Part shown: positions 45,001 to 56,273 of the stretch, piece after piece | Numbering within the stretch: position 1 is the stretch's first letter | Layout of the letters: the number at the start of each line of letters is the position of its first letter | Origin: Spirochaetia bacterium | GTDB lineage: Bacteria; Spirochaetota; Spirochaetia; DSM-2461 | Assembly (NCBI GenBank): GCA_963666985.2 | Contig: CAXXIA010000002.1 | Span: 1,024,001-1,088,000 of the forward strand | DNA length: 64,000 nt | Reading direction: 5' to 3' | The notes under the pieces: model-generated | The model's input: the letters and a program-made list of their open reading frames with translations, nothing else | Databases searched by the model: none | Told to the model about the DNA's origin: nothing | Made by a program: the position numbers and the translations under genes

Positions 45001-47030
45001 GGCTCGGTTAATCCCGGAGCGGCATGTTCAATGGTAAAAGAGGTTCCGGAACTTCGAAGCCGGACGAATGGAGTTTCGGGAACAATCCGGGCACCCGCGG
45101 CTGAAGCGCCGGAAGTCCAGCCCTGCAGGGGCTGTCCCGGCCTGAGGATTGCCGCTCCGTCACCATTACGAAGGGCGGGAAGCGGCAGATTAACCGCATC
45201 ATCGCCCCGCCGGGGATCGGGAGAAAGCCCTTCATCGTCGGGGGCCGCCTGGATATAGAATCCGGAGCCCAGAACGGATTCACCGCCGAACCCATCGGCC
45301 GCTTTAAGGATGAAATTGAACGGTCCGGGCGTACTTCCCTTTTTAACGGTGAATTGAAAAGTCCGGTGCGCCGGATTCTCGGCATCGGCCTTCAAAGGCA
45401 GTTCGATCTCCTCGCCTCCGGGAGGGGTATAGAAGAGAGTCAAATCCCGACCGGATTCGGAAACCACCGTTCCTCCGACGGCCGCACCGGCCGAGGAAAC
45501 GACAGCGCCCGGATTCCAGGGATTTTCATTCTCCTTCGCGGCATCACGGAGAGTCTTCAGCGTAATAAGAGGCGCCGGAGGAGCCACCTTGAAAACCGCG
45601 GTTATAGGATTACCGGCGATACCGTTGCCATCCTCGGGCGTCAGCGATACTTCAATTTCACCGACCGGCAGATCCGGCAGATCCAGCCGCCAGGAACGCT
45701 CAACCTCGATTCGTCCCTCGTTCTCTCCGTCGCTCCAGATAATGGCTCCCGGACCGTCGTCATCGGTAAAAACACCGGTCAGATAGGCTTTTCCTTTTGG
45801 AAAAATCACCGATTGACCGCCCTCAAGCGGACCTTTTCCGCTTTTATTCGAATCGCCGGATGAAAATCCGTCTATGGAAAGCAAAGGCCGGTCGGCTTCG
45901 GCATCAAGGGGAATCTCCGATTCCAGATAGGAGACATTACCGGCGCCGTCCGTCGCGCTGATGACGATCGAAGCCTTTTTATCCTTAATGCCCGAAAGAT
46001 CCAGCGGGAAAGTCCACCAGGGATTGCCCTGTTCCAAAGGGATTTCCATGAAATCTTCTTTCCCTATTCCAACGCTCAGCGACACGACTCCGGAAAGATC
46101 GGAAGCGGTTCCCGCCAGAAAAACATTCCCGGGTACGGGAATCAGGCCGTCTTCGCCTTCCTCCGGAAGCTTTAAAACCACCTCCGGCCCGATATTATCC
46201 ACAAAGAAAAGAAAGGGCACGGAGGAAAGGCTCCCCTGTCCGTCGACGGCGCGAAGCCACCACACCACGGGGCCGTCTTCCATATCGCGGCTGTCCAGAT
46301 CAATGGAAAAATCGGCGGTTCCCAAGTCTTTATTTTTCGAAAACTTCACTTGCTCCCACTCATCGCCGCCGTCTCTGGAGAGTTCAAGTGCTTCAATCCC
46401 GTTGGGATCTTCAAAAACGCCCGCGAATGCCGTCTTTCCGGCAATAACGCTCCCCGAACCCGGTTCGGCAACGCCTCCGACGGGCGCCGATGTATCGACG
46501 ATGAACGGAACAACCGTTACGGGGCTTTCGATACCGTTGATATCAACAGAGCGAACCGACATGTATTGGGGGCCGTCGCCCAGGGAACCGGCATCGAGAA
46601 CAGCCGACCAGGCCTCCGCGCCTGAAGCCGGCCGCCAGGCTCCTTCATTAATGCTCACCTCCACGCGGGCGATGCCGTCGTCGTCTTTCGCGGTTCCGAT
46701 GATGGGCAGCATTCGCCCCACACGGTCGCCGCTTATCGGGTGGGCCACGGACACGGAAGGGATGTCGGTTTCGGGATCGACGTGAAAGTCGTACGGTCCC
46801 TCCATCCGAATATTCCCCGCCTCATCCAGAGCACGTATCATAAGGTTGTATTTGCCTTCTTCAAGCTCTTCCAAATCCACCGTATGGGTCCAGTACGAGT
46901 TTCCCGAAACGGATTCGGAAGGATACTCATCTCCCTTTCCCCCGGCAAAGAGGGAAGAGAACGCGCCGAACATCAATACGGACAGCGGAGCAATTCGGCA
47001 GCGGGTAATTAAACGTTTATTTTTAATCAT
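42055..47030 (-). CDS. Large secreted Ig-like-repeat protein (~1657 aa) with C-terminal beta-strand membrane domain; two +1 frameshifts
   Basis: Signal peptide ...SLFAGGKGDE; many 'RAxDxAGN' Ig repeats. Removing one base at 44044-6 and one at 42193-7 joins the ORFs, ending FSFSFGLRAGLL*. Confidence 0.78.
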
Positions 47031-47060
47031 TTTTCTTTCCTTTTTTTCTTTGCCGGAAGA

Positions 47061-50000
47061 TTATTCCTGCCTCAGCCAGACATAATTATAGGTCCCCGAC
47101 TGATAACCGATGGCCATGGAGTAATTCACCCCGCCGAGATTCACCGGTTTCCCCACGGCGGAGATTCTTTTATCTTCGATGGTATCCAGCAGAGGAACGG
47201 TTCCGTGTTCCCATTCACCGTCGTCGCGGAGAATGGCGAATTTCAATCCCTGGAACGTTCCGACATTGGAAGAATTCAGATATCCGATAACAGGACGATA
47301 AACATCGTCGCCGTTCCCGTATGTTCCATCGACCGGATCATGGAACAGATCCATATCGGCATAGGCCCCCATGTTTCCATCCGTATCAACCGATTCGAAG
47401 GTATCGAAGCTATAGACATTGCCCGTTCCCGGATCGGGAGCGGAATAGTACATCAAATCACCCGAGGAAACCTTGTAAGCCGTGATATGAATCCGTCCGT
47501 TCGGATCAATGCGCACACTGGGGTATTTTCCGACATAGCTGTTGTTGGACAAAACGGCCTGATCCACCCAGTCTCCCCCGGTTGCCGAATGAGATGTTGG
47601 GTTATTCGTCGTGGCCCGGATCAGACGAAGCGTGGAATTACCCGTATCGTAGTAAACAATGACCGGATTCCCGGAGTTATCCACGGTAATATCGCTGTAC
47701 AAACCATAGTCCGAACTGTCGGTGGACGATTCGGTTCCGACGATAATATTCCGGTCCTCAACACCGGAAAAGTAGCCGGTATTATCGCGGAGATATTCCT
47801 GATTGTTCGTACCGCTGCCGGCATTGCCGCTTAATGTCGTAACAAAGGTAATATTGTAGATACTCCCGTTGTCGTAGAAATGGGCGTATTTAAGCGCCTT
47901 TGAGTAATTATCGTAGTAGCTGACGTGAATATCCGTCGCGCCATCACCGCCTGTGGCGAAAACCCGGGGATTCTGATACTGCCAGAGCCGTTCTTCTTCG
48001 TAAAAGCGTTCAATTTCTTCCAGCTTGACGCCGTTCACCGTATTTCCGTACGGATAACGCGTACCGCCGTTTGTCGTATTCCAGGGATCGGCATGGTCTC
48101 CCCAAAGAACCAATCCGCCGGCACCGTCGTCCCAAGATCCGCCTCCGTAGAAGTTCGCCAAATAAACGACATACGGACTTCCGCTGTCGTTCATGCTGAT
48201 GTCCGTATATTCGGAAGGATCGTAAATCCGGAAAATTCCGGCATCGGACACGCTGTCGTTGTAGGAAGATCCTTCATTGGAAACATAAACCCTGGCGGAA
48301 CTGTATTCGGAGAAGGAAGACCATAAAGAACCGTCGGAAGGATCGACATCCATGGCGCCCCAGACGGCTTCCGAGGAGTCCGCCATCTCGTTGTCCTCAA
48401 CATCCCAAACCAGCAGATACCTGTCGTCGGTCCATTCACCGTCGCCGGACCAAGTATCGTCGCTCGAATCGTTCTCGTTAAAATTACCGTAGTAATTCAT
48501 CAAAGGAATGCCGTTGGTCCGCATGGTCAGCCAGCCGGAATGAACAATTCCGGACGCCTGAACTTCAGCCTCGGTTCTATCGGCCGATATCGACGAGACG
48601 GAAAAAGAAGTATAGCTTCCGCTCAAATCGGGTTCGCCTGCGGATGTTCCGACCAGAGTAACGGTATTCCCGAGATTGAATCCGGAAAGGATAAGATACG
48701 CTTCTTCCTGAATAGGCCAGCTTCCGTAACGGGTTCGAAGCACCTCCGCGGAAGAGGTATATGAAGAATTACTGATAACGATGTCGGAAATGAAGGGCAT
48801 CACGTCCATGGTGTAATTATCCGAAGTGGAATCATTCACGGGCGTGTTTGAATTGCTCGATTTATCCGTTGTAACGGCGGTAACGCGGATATCATCTCCC
48901 GCGCCGTTTGAAATGGCCGCCGTATCGAATTCGAAGCTCCAGGAAACGACGTGCCCGGCGCTCTCTCCGTAGCTTTCGCTGGAGATATTGGGAGTACCGA
49001 CGATTCCGCCGGCCGCGACCAGTCCTCCGAATCCGCCGTTGGCCGACGCATCCCACTCGAGAATAACAAAGGCGTTCCCAATTCCCAAACCTCCGTTGTA
49101 GCCGGCGATGGTCAATTCCACTTCATGAAGAGCCTTATCGTCGGATGCGATACCGGAAACAATAACCGTTCCCGAGACATCGGCATCATCTCCATCGTAA
49201 TCGCTTGAATCGACGGGATGGAGACGTCCCTGAGCGCCGCTCCATTGGGGAGTTCCCGAAGGGACGTAGCCCCGAATGGGATAACCGTAGTTATCGCTTC
49301 CGCCTGCGGCGGCGATTATGGAGCTGTAATCAAGGTTTAAAGGATTCAATGTTACCGTCGGATCGGTGGTATCGCTGTTGTCCAGACCGATAAGGAATTC
49401 CACCTCGTCCGACAATCCGGCATCGTCGGTTATCCGAAGGGTATAGGAAACATCATTTTCATCGGGCATGGAAGAAAAATCCGTTATTGTCGCGGAATCC
49501 ACTCCCACTCCAAGAAGATTGCTTCCGCTTCCTTTGTAGAGGAGTTCCCATGTCCAGTCCGCGGCGGTTCCGTTGCCGGTTCCCGAAACCGCGTCCGCAT
49601 CAATGTACAAACGGCCGTTCCGGCAGGTTATTCCCGTAACAGAAGAATCAAAATCCCGATAATAAACTCCCGAACCGTCGGTTCCCGTACCGTCGATATA
49701 GCGGAAACTTTCACCGCTGCCGACCGCTGTATCCACCGTCGTGGTATAGTTAACATCCGTGCCGAGAACCACCGATTCGATGACGGGAGGATTGTTTTCT
49801 ATCCGGGCGGCCTGAGTGTAATGGGTCATGTTGCCGGCCTCGTCCACGACGACATAGTGAATGGTGATATCCCCGTCCGGAATATTCTCGGAATTAAAAT
49901 TAACCCACCAGCTCCAGGTACTCTCCGAAAGAGTCATGGATTCGTCGTATCCGTCGCCGTCGCCGGAAGCGGAATCATCTCCGCCTTCATAAATATCGTC

Positions 50001-52916
50001 GATGATGATAAGACCCGGCAAAGGCGTGGAATCATCGCCGTCATCGTCGGCGGGATAATAGAGGCCGCTTCCGAATGTCGTTTCTTCGGTTGCGATGTCC
50101 GGAGTGGCGGGATTCGTGTAGGAATAAGCGCTTTGAGGATCGTAAAGCAGTCCGAGCCGTTCCAGATACACTTCAATCCGGTCGATGCCGGCGATCGATC
50201 CCACCAAATCCGCGGCGGTTCCCTGAAGAGTGGCATCCGTACCGCTGAGAACAACATCGCCGGACGTTAAATACGTACCGGTCGGCGCGTTGTTGTCCAC
50301 GTTCAGAGGAAGAACTTCCTGAGTATTAAATCCCGTATCGTCGGTGGCTTTCATTCTTAAATAAAGAATGCCGTTTCCGCCGGATACGCGGGTTTCGGTA
50401 TTGATGCTCACAACAGGTGTTATGGAAGCCGCGGGAGTAATGGCCAGTGTTTCCCAGCTCACACCGTTGTCATAGCTCATCTCAACCTTATTGATTTTGC
50501 TGTTGTCGCTGACATCGGCGGTCAGAATAACGGTTCCGGAAATATAATCGTTGGCCGAAGCCCCTACACCGTCGATGAGGACATTCTCGATGTGGGGAAG
50601 AGTATCATCAAGTCGGAAATGAAGAATCTGTTCTTCGCTGAGTACCGCCGAATTCTCCGGATCTTCCGCCCAAACCTTTACGTAGATATCGCCGTTATGA
50701 CCGCCGCCCATATCGTAGAGTTCACCTGTGGAATTCAGCGAGAAAGACCAGCTGGAAAGTCCGTGAACCTGATAACCGACGGTTTCATCAATATTGTAGA
50801 CCGTATTGGTACCGTCGAAAACGATACCGTCGGTCAAGGCATGGTAGCCGGCGAAATCCGGATCTTCACCGGTAAGAGTATCCAGATCAACCTGAGCATA
50901 CACTGCGGCAACCGTGCCGTCGTCATCGGTGGCGATACCCGAAACGGTTACCTCGCCTCCGTAGGATTCGCCTTCGGCGGGATAGATGATGGAAACTTCC
51001 GGTCTGTCGCGCGCGTTATCAATAAACAGAGAATAACCGGAGGTAACGGTGATATTACCGGCTTTATCCTCGGCGGTAACCGTTATGGGGAGTTCCCAGA
51101 TTCCCGATCCGGACGGATTTTCCGTGGCGATGGGACTGTATTCGAATTCGGTCGTTACGATGGAATGGCTGAAACTGTAGATATCATCCTCATCCACCCC
51201 ATAAACCAGGCCGTTACCGGGATTGCCGATTTCATAGGAAACCGTATCGAGAGAGTTGTCGCTGACCGAAACTCTTAATTTCACGACACCGTTCACATCG
51301 CTTCCGTCGTCGGGAGTCAGGAATTCCACCTCGGGTGAAAGCCGATCCATGATGAAGCTGTTGTTCGTTCTCGTCGTGCTGCTTCCGGCCGTGGCCGCGA
51401 CTGTAACGTTAACGGTTTCATAATCTCCGATGGCGCCGTACAGCGCTTCATAATCGGAAATGACGTAACTCCAGCTTTGATCGTTTCCATCACCGGTATA
51501 CGTACCGACCGTGACATATTCGTCATCGTTCAGACTGATCCGTACGGTAATATCCTCCGTATCGTTCACGATGCCCTCAATCACCTCGGACGAAGAGGAA
51601 ATGTAGGAACCGAGCGCGGGTGAAGTGATTTCCACCACGGGAGCATTACTGTCCAAAACAAACGGGATGACATCGGTTGTGTATTCATTCGGAGTGGGAG
51701 AATTTTCATCCTCGGCCCGGATTTCAAACGAATACTCATCATCCGCGGAAAAAACGGGGAGAGTCTGTGAAAAATTGTAGTTCTTGTCGTTGATATACTG
51801 ATAAGAGGTTACGGCCGTCCAGGTACTTAACGCCGCATCGGCTCCGGTTAACTCATTACCGGCCGAATCAAGGAAGCGGATTTCGATGGAATCGGGATTC
51901 ACCGAAACGTTATCGCTTACGGTTCCGTTGATTTTGGATGTGGGTCCGAGAGTGTCTCCCGGAGAGGCGGCGTTGGGATTCGGATTGTTCACAGTTATTT
52001 CCGGGATATCCAGAGTCATATCCACATCAACGGCGAGGCCTGAATTCACGCCGTCATAAAGGAGTGAAAGCCTTCGGCTTCCCGATGGCAGTTCATACCC
52101 GAGGTCGGTGCTCATCAAATCTTCGGGAGTAATGGTTAAGTCGCTGATAAGGCTGTCGTCATCACCATCCTCGTACGAATATAAATTGTACAAATCGATA
52201 ACGGTAATGGAGCTTCCGCCGTTTACGTATTTCAGATCCACCGAATGAAAAATATGCGAACTGGTATTCCCGGCTTTATCTTTCGCCGTGATGGTAATGT
52301 TATATGTACCCGAAGAAGAATGGCTAACCGTAAAATACCAGCTGTCACTGGTTCCGAGATTTTCCGTAATCGTCGGACCGGAAGGACCGGAAATCGTCGC
52401 GGTTACCGAGTCAAGACGAAGAGGATCGTAAGCTTCGCCTTTAACGGCGAAAGATGTCGTATCCTGAGGGCTGGAGAGTTCCGGTGATGTAACCATCAGA
52501 ACAGGCTCCGTATTATCGAAGTAGAGAAGAAGCTGCTTTTCGGTTATTTTGCCGTCTCCGTCACGAAGATAAACAACGATATCCTTATCACCGTCTCCGC
52601 CGTAGGCTTCATCCTCGGTATCAACTTCGATTTCCCAGGAACCGTCGCTGTTTATAACCCCCGAGACTAGTTCATCATTGATAACGGCCCAAACGGCGTT
52701 GGCTTCTTTATCGTCTTCTATGGTTCCTTCGAGAGTAATAACGCCCCGAACATAATCGCCGTTGGTAATGCTTGTGATGTCGCCTTCGGGAGGCGTAACA
52801 TCAACTCTGCCTCCGAGACCGACAAGAGAATTCTTGCATCCGGAGACCGTCAGGAACGTTATTAATCCGACACATAAAAGGAAATATTCAGCATAATGAA
52901 AATTCTTCTTTGTCAT
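47061..52916 (-). CDS. Giant surface lipoprotein (~1950 aa) with Ig-like repeats and putative C-terminal beta-propeller
   Basis: MTKK...LTVSG-C lipobox; repeated 'TAxDKAGN', 'DNxxP' units; D/S/G/T-rich; C-terminal 'SYYD..LKYA', 'VYYD..LRL' blades. Confidence 0.8.
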   Translation of the reverse strand: MTKKNFHYAEYFLLCVGLITFLTVSGCKNSLVGLGGRVDVTPPEGDITSITNGDYVRGVITLEGTIEDDKEANAVWAVINDELVSGVINSDGSWEIEVDTEDEAYGGDGDKDIVVYLRDGDGKITEKQLLLYFDNTEPVLMVTSPELSSPQDTTSFAVKGEAYDPLRLDSVTATISGPSGPTITENLGTSDSWYFTVSHSSSGTYNITITAKDKAGNTSSHIFHSVDLKYVNGGSSITVIDLYNLYSYEDGDDDSLISDLTITPEDLMSTDLGYELPSGSRRLSLLYDGVNSGLAVDVDMTLDIPEITVNNPNPNAASPGDTLGPTSKINGTVSDNVSVNPDSIEIRFLDSAGNELTGADAALSTWTAVTSYQYINDKNYNFSQTLPVFSADDEYSFEIRAEDENSPTPNEYTTDVIPFVLDSNAPVVEITSPALGSYISSSSEVIEGIVNDTEDITVRISLNDDEYVTVGTYTGDGNDQSWSYVISDYEALYGAIGDYETVNVTVAATAGSSTTRTNNSFIMDRLSPEVEFLTPDDGSDVNGVVKLRVSVSDNSLDTVSYEIGNPGNGLVYGVDEDDIYSFSHSIVTTEFEYSPIATENPSGSGIWELPITVTAEDKAGNITVTSGYSLFIDNARDRPEVSIIYPAEGESYGGEVTVSGIATDDDGTVAAVYAQVDLDTLTGEDPDFAGYHALTDGIVFDGTNTVYNIDETVGYQVHGLSSWSFSLNSTGELYDMGGGHNGDIYVKVWAEDPENSAVLSEEQILHFRLDDTLPHIENVLIDGVGASANDYISGTVILTADVSDNSKINKVEMSYDNGVSWETLAITPAASITPVVSINTETRVSGGNGILYLRMKATDDTGFNTQEVLPLNVDNNAPTGTYLTSGDVVLSGTDATLQGTAADLVGSIAGIDRIEVYLERLGLLYDPQSAYSYTNPATPDIATEETTFGSGLYYPADDDGDDSTPLPGLIIIDDIYEGGDDSASGDGDGYDESMTLSESTWSWWVNFNSENIPDGDITIHYVVVDEAGNMTHYTQAARIENNPPVIESVVLGTDVNYTTTVDTAVGSGESFRYIDGTGTDGSGVYYRDFDSSVTGITCRNGRLYIDADAVSGTGNGTAADWTWELLYKGSGSNLLGVGVDSATITDFSSMPDENDVSYTLRITDDAGLSDEVEFLIGLDNSDTTDPTVTLNPLNLDYSSIIAAAGGSDNYGYPIRGYVPSGTPQWSGAQGRLHPVDSSDYDGDDADVSGTVIVSGIASDDKALHEVELTIAGYNGGLGIGNAFVILEWDASANGGFGGLVAAGGIVGTPNISSESYGESAGHVVSWSFEFDTAAISNGAGDDIRVTAVTTDKSSNSNTPVNDSTSDNYTMDVMPFISDIVISNSSYTSSAEVLRTRYGSWPIQEEAYLILSGFNLGNTVTLVGTSAGEPDLSGSYTSFSVSSISADRTEAEVQASGIVHSGWLTMRTNGIPLMNYYGNFNENDSSDDTWSGDGEWTDDRYLLVWDVEDNEMADSSEAVWGAMDVDPSDGSLWSSFSEYSSARVYVSNEGSSYNDSVSDAGIFRIYDPSEYTDISMNDSGSPYVVYLANFYGGGSWDDGAGGLVLWGDHADPWNTTNGGTRYPYGNTVNGVKLEEIERFYEEERLWQYQNPRVFATGGDGATDIHVSYYDNYSKALKYAHFYDNGSIYNITFVTTLSGNAGSGTNNQEYLRDNTGYFSGVEDRNIIVGTESSTDSSDYGLYSDITVDNSGNPVIVYYDTGNSTLRLIRATTNNPTSHSATGGDWVDQAVLSNNSYVGKYPSVRIDPNGRIHITAYKVSSGDLMYYSAPDPGTGNVYSFDTFESVDTDGNMGAYADMDLFHDPVDGTYGNGDDVYRPVIGYLNSSNVGTFQGLKFAILRDDGEWEHGTVPLLDTIEDKRISAVGKPVNLGGVNYSMAIGYQSGTYNYVWLRQE

Positions 52917-53023
52917 CTGGACCACCACCTTGGAGCCGACGCCGAACGCCGTAAAATATTTCAAATACGGAACCCATAGGGCCCGACCTCATCATCCGGG
53001 CGAATTTCACCCATTAATGAATA

Positions 53024-53040
53024 AGCAAGACCTATTCCAA
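53024..53040 (-). promoter_or_regulatory. Candidate sigma54 promoter for giant lipoprotein operon
   Basis: Minus strand TTGGAATAGGTCTTGCT = GG-N10-GC, with an AT-rich upstream tract. Confidence 0.6.
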
Positions 53041-53271
53041 ATTTCGGAATTCGAAAAATAAAATCTTAACTCTTTATATTATTTGAAATTAAAAGGATAC
53101 GCACTTTTCACTATTCATTTTTAAATCGGTGCCCCGTACTATGCTTATCGCATAGAGTTCTGTCGGCTATTTACTAAATGCTTCAACTATATAGATTTAA
53201 AGGTATCCGCCTTTTGAAAGATATGCATGACGCATAGAACAAACATCATTATACTTATTCCCGGAGAAATC

Positions 53272-53928
53272 ATGATTCGCAGAAAAACAGCATTAACCGT
53301 TTTCGTATTCTTCATCGCGGCTCTCGTGCCGCTCCATGCGTCTCCGGAACATCTTGTCGTCCGAACCTTCGGAGGCATGGAGCCCCTCGGCCGATTAACC
53401 GCCTCGGGGATGGGTTCTTTGGGAGCCGACCTCACTATGGATACGGGCTACGGTTTTTCACCCGGATTGGAACTGTATTTTCATCTGGGCGAAAGAGTTG
53501 AAATCGGCGCCGGATGCCGCTGGCAGCTTCTTCGGCGAGTCTACAGATCGGGAGGGGATTCGGACGAACAATTCGGATTTATTCCCGTTTATATAGCCAC
53601 CCGCGTTTTCATTACGGAAATGGACGATTTCCGTCTCTACGGCATCGCAAAAGCCGGTTACGATTTTTTTAGAACAACATCGGCCTTCAACGGGATTCTC
53701 GAGGCCTCGGACGGCGGACCCGTTCAATCGGTTTCCGGAGGAATCTACGCCGCGGCGGGGATCGGTATAAATTACACGATTAAAGAAAGACCGAAATGGG
53801 GCTTGGACTTCTCCACGGATGCCGCTTACGCCTTTTATGGAGCGCGGGGAACGGATACGAACGGCGATACATACCGTTTCCCGTATCAGGCCTTAACGGT
53901 CGATTTCGGGCTCGACTGGCGATTTTAA
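53272..53928 (+). CDS. Outer-membrane beta-barrel protein (small, OmpW/OmpA-like size)
   Basis: GGAG RBS, signal peptide ending LHA, amphipathic strands, FIPVY motif, C-terminal FGLDWRF. Confidence 0.7.
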   Translation: MIRRKTALTVFVFFIAALVPLHASPEHLVVRTFGGMEPLGRLTASGMGSLGADLTMDTGYGFSPGLELYFHLGERVEIGAGCRWQLLRRVYRSGGDSDEQFGFIPVYIATRVFITEMDDFRLYGIAKAGYDFFRTTSAFNGILEASDGGPVQSVSGGIYAAAGIGINYTIKERPKWGLDFSTDAAYAFYGARGTDTNGDTYRFPYQALTVDFGLDWRF

Positions 53929-54064
53929 ACTTCCAACAAGCATTTTTATACACAAAACACCCCCGTGAATCGGCCTCTTAAGCCGATAATCCGAAGGATC
54001 GGCTATTGAAGCCGCCCCGAGCTTTCCACTATGATCATATTGCTCACATTGGGGTTCCCGTTTC

Positions 54065-54147
54065 GAGTTGAAAGGCGTTTTCTTACACCTGCAGCGACAA
54101 GCGGAAATCCGATCTTGAGCACAATAAGCTTTTAGTCGCCGGGCGGC
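54065..54147 (+). ncRNA. Candidate Na+-sensing riboswitch (DUF1646 / Na+-I-like)
   Basis: GAGTTGAAAGG..CCTGCAGCGAC..GTCGCCGGGCGGC in the 5' UTR of oadG, downstream of TTGAAG-18-TATGAT; matched from memory of the motif. Confidence 0.5.
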
Positions 54148-54185
54148 GGTTCCGAACCGATGCGCGGCCTTAAGAGGAGACTCTG

Positions 54186-54401
54186 ATGATAGATTTCGGG
54201 CTCATAATCATGGGAGTCGGGATGTTGGTGGTATTCGCCTTCCTGACCATCATGGTTGTATCGATGAAGTTCATGTCGAGCATCATCCTGAAGTTCTTCC
54301 CCGAAAAGGAAGAACCCGTCCCCGTTCGCGCCAAGGCGGTTCCCGCCGGTGACGACGCCGAACTGGCCGCGGTTATCGCCGCCGCCTATACCTTTAAATA
54401 A
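54186..54401 (+). CDS. oadG: Na+-translocating decarboxylase gamma subunit
   Basis: GVGMLVVFAFL TM, P/A linker, ELAAVIAAA. Confidence 0.85.
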   Translation: MIDFGLIIMGVGMLVVFAFLTIMVVSMKFMSSIILKFFPEKEEPVPVRAKAVPAGDDAELAAVIAAAYTFK

Positions 54402-54424
54402 AATAAGAACCGGAGATTAGGAAC

Positions 54425-56263
54425 ATGGCAAAGAAAAAGGTCGATTTCATGATTACGGCTTTCCGGGACGGCTTCCAATCCGTCTACGGAGCCAGGGTTT
54501 TCACCAAGGATTTCATGCCGGCGGTCGAGGCCGCCAGTGCCGCGGGCCTCAAGCACTTCGAAGCCGGCGGCGGCGCCCGATTTCAGTCCCTTTACTTCTA
54601 TACCAATGAGGACGCCTTCGACATGATGGATCAGTTCCGCGCCGCCGCCGGGCCGGATGCCAACCTTCAAACCCTGGCCCGGGGCGTCAACGTGGTGGGC
54701 TTGAGCTCCCAGTCGAGGGACATCATCAAGCTCCACGCCAAGCTGTTCAAGAAGCACGGGATTACAACCATCCGGAATTTCGATGCTCTGAACGATGTGA
54801 ACAACCTTATCGATTCAGGCAAGGCCATCGTCGACGCCGGCGCCAAGCACGAAGTGTGCGTTACCCTGATGGCCCTTCCCGAGGGCGTCACCGGAGCCCA
54901 CGATCCCGATTTTTACGAAAAAACCCTCAAAGGCATCCTGGAAGCCGGAATCCCTTATGATTCGGTCTGTTTTAAAGACGCTTCCGGAACCGCCACTCCC
55001 GCGGTGGTCTACGAATCCATCAAGAGGGCCCGCAAGCTTCTGGGACCGGATACGCATCTGGTTTTCCATTCCCATGAAACGGCCGGTGTGAGCATTGTTC
55101 AGTACAAAGCGGCTCTGGACGCCGGCGCCAATCAGGTGGACCTTTCCCTGGCTCCCGTTTCCGGCGGAACCTGCCAGCCCGACGTGATGACCATGTATCA
55201 CGCCCTGCGCGGCACCGAATACGACATGGGCATCGATCCGGTAAAAGTGTATGAAGCCGAAGAAGTCTTCAAGGAATGCATGAAGGACTATTTCATGCCG
55301 CCGGAAGCCAAGAAAGTCGAGCCTCTTATTCCTCTCTCTCCCATGCCCGGCGGCGCTCTCACCGCCAATACACAGATGCTGCGGGACAACGATCTTCTGG
55401 ACCGCTACGAAGAGATTACCAAGAACATGGGCGAAGTCGTCATTAAGGGCGGTTTCGGCACTTCGGTGACTCCCGTGTCCCAGTTTTACTTCCAGCAGGC
55501 CTTCAACAACACCATGTTCGGACCCTGGAAAAAAATCGCCGACGGCTACGGAAAAATGGTTCTGGGGTATTTCGGAAAAACACCCGTCGATCCCGATCCG
55601 GAAATCGTGAAAATCGCCGCCGAGCAGATGGGTCTGGAACCCACCGACCGTCTGGTGGTGGACATCAACGATGAGAATCCCGAACTCGGAATCGAAGCGG
55701 CCAAGAAGATGCTCACCGACAACGGCATCACCGATCTTTCGGAAGAAAACATCTTCATCGCCGCCGCGTGTCTCGACAAAGGCATTCAATACCTTAAGGG
55801 CGAAGCCAAAACCAACGTCCGCAAGAACGTCCCCGAAACATCCGAAGCCTCCGCTTCCGCCGCCGACGGCGTTACGGTCACCGTTAACGGCAAAGCCTAC
55901 GGCGTAAAGATCGAAGGCAATAAAGCCACGGTGAACGGCCGCGCCTACGATATCAGCGTTAAGGCCGGAATCGACCAAGCGGCCGTCGCACCCGCCGCGG
56001 CACCGGCTCCCGCGGCTCCCGCGGCGGCGCCTTCCGCACCCACAGGAGCGGGAACCGTTGTGAGCGCGCCCATGCCCGGCCTGGTTCTGCGCATTCCCGT
56101 GGCCGTCGGCGATATCGTGGCCGAAGGTGATGAAGTAATGGTTCTGGAAGCCATGAAAATGGAAACCCCGATTTCCGCCACTGCCGGCGGTACGGTGAAA
56201 GCCATCATGGCGAACCAAGGCGATCAAGTGAAAGCCGGCCAGGCTCTGGTCGAAATCGGTTAA
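54425..56263 (+). CDS. oadA: Oxaloacetate decarboxylase alpha subunit (carboxyltransferase plus biotin carrier)
   Basis: [33 protein letters not shown] linker; EAMKM biotin site. Confidence 0.85.
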   Translation: MAKKKVDFMITAFRDGFQSVYGARVFTKDFMPAVEAASAAGLKHFEAGGGARFQSLYFYTNEDAFDMMDQFRAAAGPDANLQTLARGVNVVGLSSQSRDIIKLHAKLFKKHGITTIRNFDALNDVNNLIDSGKAIVDAGAKHEVCVTLMALPEGVTGAHDPDFYEKTLKGILEAGIPYDSVCFKDASGTATPAVVYESIKRARKLLGPDTHLVFHSHETAGVSIVQYKAALDAGANQVDLSLAPVSGGTCQPDVMTMYHALRGTEYDMGIDPVKVYEAEEVFKECMKDYFMPPEAKKVEPLIPLSPMPGGALTANTQMLRDNDLLDRYEEITKNMGEVVIKGGFGTSVTPVSQFYFQQAFNNTMFGPWKKIADGYGKMVLGYFGKTPVDPDPEIVKIAAEQMGLEPTDRLVVDINDENPELGIEAAKKMLTDNGITDLSEENIFIAAACLDKGIQYLKGEAKTNVRKNVPETSEASASAADGVTVTVNGKAYGVKIEGNKATVNGRAYDISVKAGIDQAAVAPAAAPAPAAPAAAPSAPTGAGTVVSAPMPGLVLRIPVAVGDIVAEGDEVMVLEAMKMETPISATAGGTVKAIMANQGDQVKAGQALVEIG

Positions 56264-56273
56264 GGGGGAAGGA

